A stretch of 64,000 nucleotides of DNA from Nitrosopumilus sp. (lineage in GTDB: Archaea > Thermoproteota > Nitrososphaeria > Nitrososphaerales > Nitrosopumilaceae): positions 160,001 through 224,000 of the forward strand of contig OZ245040.1 of assembly GCA_965224195.1 (NCBI GenBank), in the 5' to 3' direction. A program made the translations under genes and the position numbers. This document shows, in pieces, positions 60,924-64,000 of this stretch; positions within the stretch are counted from its first letter, which is position 1, and the number at the start of each line of letters is the position of its first letter. The notes under the pieces were generated by a model. That model was not told the origin of the DNA. It saw nothing but the letters and a program-made list of their open reading frames with translations, and ran no database searches.

Positions 60924-62270
60924 ATGACCTATCAAGAATCAGTATGGGATGATTCACCATCACTCAAGTCTTATACATTAGCAAATTTTCGTACTCTTCC
61001 ACAAATTCAAAACCTTGGTGAAGAAATACAATTTGAAATGGAAGTTGTAGGAAATGTCTTACCATTTAAAGCAAATAATTACGTTGTTGAACAATTAATT
61101 GATTGGAATAATATTCCAAATGATCCAATGTATGTTTTGACTTTTCCTCAAAAAGGAATGCTAAAACCGGAACATTACAAAAAAATGGAAACAACATTAA
61201 AAAATAATTCTGATAAAAAAGAAATAGCAAACATAGCAAATGAAATTCGTTTACAATTAAATCCACATCCAGCAGGACAAATAGAGCTTAATGTTCCAAC
61301 ATTAAAAGATGGAACTAAACTTTACGGAATGCAGCATAAATACAAAGAAACTTGTCTTTTCTTTCCTAGTCAAAGTCAAACTTGTCATGCTTATTGCAGT
61401 TTTTGTTTTAGATGGCCACAATTTGTTGGAATGGATGAAATGAAATTTGCTATGCAAGAAGGTGATCAACTAGTACAATACGTTACAGAACATCCTGAAA
61501 TCAGTGATGTACTTTTCACCGGCGGTGATCCAATGATTATGAAAGCAAAAGTATTTTCAAAATATATTGATACTATTATTGAATCAAAACCTCAAAATTT
61601 AAAAACGATTAGAATTGGAACAAAAGCTCTTTCTTATTGGCCTTACAAATTTTTGACTGATTCAGATTCTGAAGAAATGTTGGATGTATTTAGAAGAATA
61701 ACTGATAGTGGATTACATCTTGCATTTATGGGCCACTTTAATCATCTTAATGAATTATCTACAGAAGCGGTAAAATCTGCCATCAAAACAGTGAGAAAAA
61801 CTGGTGCAGAAATTCGAACCCAATCTCCTCTTTTAGCACACATTAATGATGATGCTGACATGTGGGCAAAAATGTGGACTAAACAAGTTCAACTTGGTTG
61901 TATACCATACTACATGTTTGTTGTAAGAGATACAGGTGCTCAACACTATTTTGGAGTTCCATTGGTTAAAGCATATGAGATTTTTAGTAAAGCATATTCT
62001 TCTGTTAGTGGATTAGCTAGAACTGTTCGTGGTCCTAGCATGTCTGCAACTCCAGGAAAAGTGCAAGTAGTAGGAACATCAAAACTAAATAATCAAAAAA
62101 TACTCGTTTTACGATTTTTACAAGGAAGAAACCCTAACTGGGTCGACCAACCATTCTTTGCAAAATATGATGAAAATGCTATCTGGTTAGATGATCTAAA
62201 ACCTGCATTTGAAGAAAAATTCTTCTTTGAAGACGAACTTGATGTTATCAAAGCATCAAAGATGAGTTAA
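60924..62270 (+). CDS. KamA-family radical SAM / PLP 2,3-aminomutase
   Basis: HKYKET, CHAYCSFCFR (CxxxCxxC), VLFTGGDP, IRIGTK, HFNH, PYYMF, PGKV. Confidence 0.88.
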   Translation: MTYQESVWDDSPSLKSYTLANFRTLPQIQNLGEEIQFEMEVVGNVLPFKANNYVVEQLIDWNNIPNDPMYVLTFPQKGMLKPEHYKKMETTLKNNSDKKEIANIANEIRLQLNPHPAGQIELNVPTLKDGTKLYGMQHKYKETCLFFPSQSQTCHAYCSFCFRWPQFVGMDEMKFAMQEGDQLVQYVTEHPEISDVLFTGGDPMIMKAKVFSKYIDTIIESKPQNLKTIRIGTKALSYWPYKFLTDSDSEEMLDVFRRITDSGLHLAFMGHFNHLNELSTEAVKSAIKTVRKTGAEIRTQSPLLAHINDDADMWAKMWTKQVQLGCIPYYMFVVRDTGAQHYFGVPLVKAYEIFSKAYSSVSGLARTVRGPSMSATPGKVQVVGTSKLNNQKILVLRFLQGRNPNWVDQPFFAKYDENAIWLDDLKPAFEEKFFFEDELDVIKASKMS

Positions 62271-62359
62271 TTTCAACAAATTTTATAATTTACCTGACTA
62301 ATTTGACAATTCTAACTTACAAGATAACATTAGTAAACTAATTTAGAATCAATATCAAA

Positions 62360-63805
62360 TTGAATTCAGATCAAGTATTACAGACTATTCAAGACGAAAA
62401 TATATCGTTCATAGATTTTTGGTTTGTAGATATTTTTGGTGAACTCCATAATGTTGGAATGCCAAGCTATGCAATTGGCAAAAATAGTTTTGTAAATGGT
62501 CTTGAAAAATTAGATGCAAGTTCAATTGTTGGTTTTAAATCTGTAAATAACTCTGATATGATTTTAATGCCTGATCCAAAATCATTCAAAATTCTTCCTA
62601 ATGATTATGATCCAGGTAATAGAAAAAATGCAAGAATTTTTTGTGATCTTTATGATGGAAGTACAAGCAAGGAATCAAGATACACTAGAGATTCTAGAGG
62701 TATAGCTTTCAAAGCATCAGAGAAATTAAAAGAATTTGGATTAACTCATACTAATTGGGGTCCTGAGATAGAATTTTTTGTTTTTGATGCAATCAATGTT
62801 TATCCATCTCCGTATGCAGCAACTCATTTTGGAGGAGGTTCAGGTTATTCAATTGAATCCAAAGAATCCCCTTGGGCAAAAGGAAATATTAGTACTGCAA
62901 TTGATATCAAAGAAGGGTACTATCCATCACAGCCAAAAGATACTCTTAATGGTTTTAGGAAAGATGTTTGTGAAGATTTATACAATTATTTTGGAATAAA
63001 AATTGAAGCTGAGCATCATGAAGTTGCAACTTCTGGTCAATGTGAAATCAATTTAGTTTATGATGAAATGATTACTATGGCTGATAATGTTATTGCAGTT
63101 AAAAATTTAGTAAAAGTTAAAGCTAAGAGAAAAAATAAAGTTGCAACCTTTATGCCAAAACCAATTTTTGGCGATAATGCATCTGCTATGCATACACATC
63201 AAAGTCTATGGAATGAAAATAAAAATGAAATGTACGATCAAAATGATGATGTCGCACAAATGAGTCAAATTGGTAGATATTATGTTGGTGGAATTCTAAG
63301 TCATGCTTCAGCATTATGTGCGATATCAAATCCTACAACAAATTCATACAAACGTCTTGTTCCTGGATTTGAAGCACCAGTCAATGTTTGTTGGGGATTA
63401 GCAAATCGTTCTACAGCTATTAGAGTTCCAATGTATAATAGAAATCAAGAAAAAAGTAAGAGAATTGAATATCGTGTACCTGATCCAACTGCAAATATCT
63501 ATCTTTTAGAAGCTGCATTATTACTCGCAGGACTAGATGGAATTAAAAATAAAATCGATCCCGGTGATCCAGTTGAAGAAAATGTCTATAAACTTTCTAC
63601 AGAAAAGAAACGAGAATATAACATTGGATCTTTACCTGTATCTTTGAAAGGCGCATTAGATTCTTTGTCTAGTGATTCAAATTTCTTGATAGATGTTTTC
63701 ACAAAAGATTTTCTAGATGCATATTCTGAATTAAAATATAAAGAATATACTGCATTTGCACAAACCCCTACAGCCTGGGAAGTTTCAATGTATGCAGATG
63801 CATAA
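62360..63805 (+). CDS. glnA: Glutamine synthetase type I (copy 2, divergent)
   Basis: DASSI, GPEIEFF, HHEVATSGQCEI, MPKP..DNASAMH, RLVPGFEAP, NRST, RIEYRVPD. Confidence 0.9.
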   Translation: MNSDQVLQTIQDENISFIDFWFVDIFGELHNVGMPSYAIGKNSFVNGLEKLDASSIVGFKSVNNSDMILMPDPKSFKILPNDYDPGNRKNARIFCDLYDGSTSKESRYTRDSRGIAFKASEKLKEFGLTHTNWGPEIEFFVFDAINVYPSPYAATHFGGGSGYSIESKESPWAKGNISTAIDIKEGYYPSQPKDTLNGFRKDVCEDLYNYFGIKIEAEHHEVATSGQCEINLVYDEMITMADNVIAVKNLVKVKAKRKNKVATFMPKPIFGDNASAMHTHQSLWNENKNEMYDQNDDVAQMSQIGRYYVGGILSHASALCAISNPTTNSYKRLVPGFEAPVNVCWGLANRSTAIRVPMYNRNQEKSKRIEYRVPDPTANIYLLEAALLLAGLDGIKNKIDPGDPVEENVYKLSTEKKREYNIGSLPVSLKGALDSLSSDSNFLIDVFTKDFLDAYSELKYKEYTAFAQTPTAWEVSMYADA

Positions 63806-63875
63806 TTGGTACAAACATCAATAATTTTATGAAAATTAGTAGAACATTTTTAAAATCAAATTTGGTTTTTTTAGT

Positions 63876-64000
63876 ATGAAATTAGAACTAATGATTTTAT
63901 TTTTATTTCTTGTTCCTGGTATAGCTGGAATTGCTTATGGACATACCGTAGATGCTGTAGGTGAATATAGAATAGAAATTGGTTGGATGAACGAACCTGT
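63876..64000 (+). CDS. Secreted protein, N-terminus only (runs off window)
   Basis: MKLELMILFLFLVPGIAGIAYG-HTVDAVGEYRIEIGWMNEP; signal peptide followed by His. Confidence 0.7.
   Translation, partial: MKLELMILFLFLVPGIAGIAYGHTVDAVGEYRIEIGWMNEP

Noticed and set aside
95-62999. Numerous short antisense or overlapping ORFs in the track (e.g. 657-851, 8727-9093, 10205-10390, 13039-13425, 24145-25072, 60090-60592)
   Set aside because: Shadows of well-supported genes on the other strand or frame, with no recognisable motifs

Overview
AT-rich chromosomal segment of an ammonia-oxidising archaeon (Nitrosopumilus-like Nitrososphaerota/Thaumarchaeota). This is inferred from PolD DP1/DP2, Orc1/Cdc6, CdvB, GINS, GGGP synthase, thermosome, archaeal CCA-adding enzyme, a CFI-box-CTERM protein and a bacterial-type riboflavin synthase. 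It carries the probable replication origin (ORB repeats upstream of cdc6), a riboflavin cluster, an hsp20-cdc48 operon, tRNA-Pro(GGG), two glutamine synthetases, and a decayed integrase plus IS5-family element. Many genes have nonsense or frameshift lesions, and conserved motifs show G:C->A:T-type substitutions, suggesting early genome erosion (sequencing error not excluded). Main leads: (1) a dense ATCAC array beside oriC overlapping a membrane-anchored wHTH gene, a possible origin tether; (2) an mscS / KamA-like aminomutase / second glnA module, possibly a beta-amino-acid osmolyte system; (3) a 36-37-36 bp repeat-insert-repeat inside an SDR gene resembling off-target CRISPR spacer integration; (4) an unclassified ~130-nt structured RNA; (5) an FN3 surface protein switched off by a G13 tract. 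All calls come from reading the sequence; no database searches were run.
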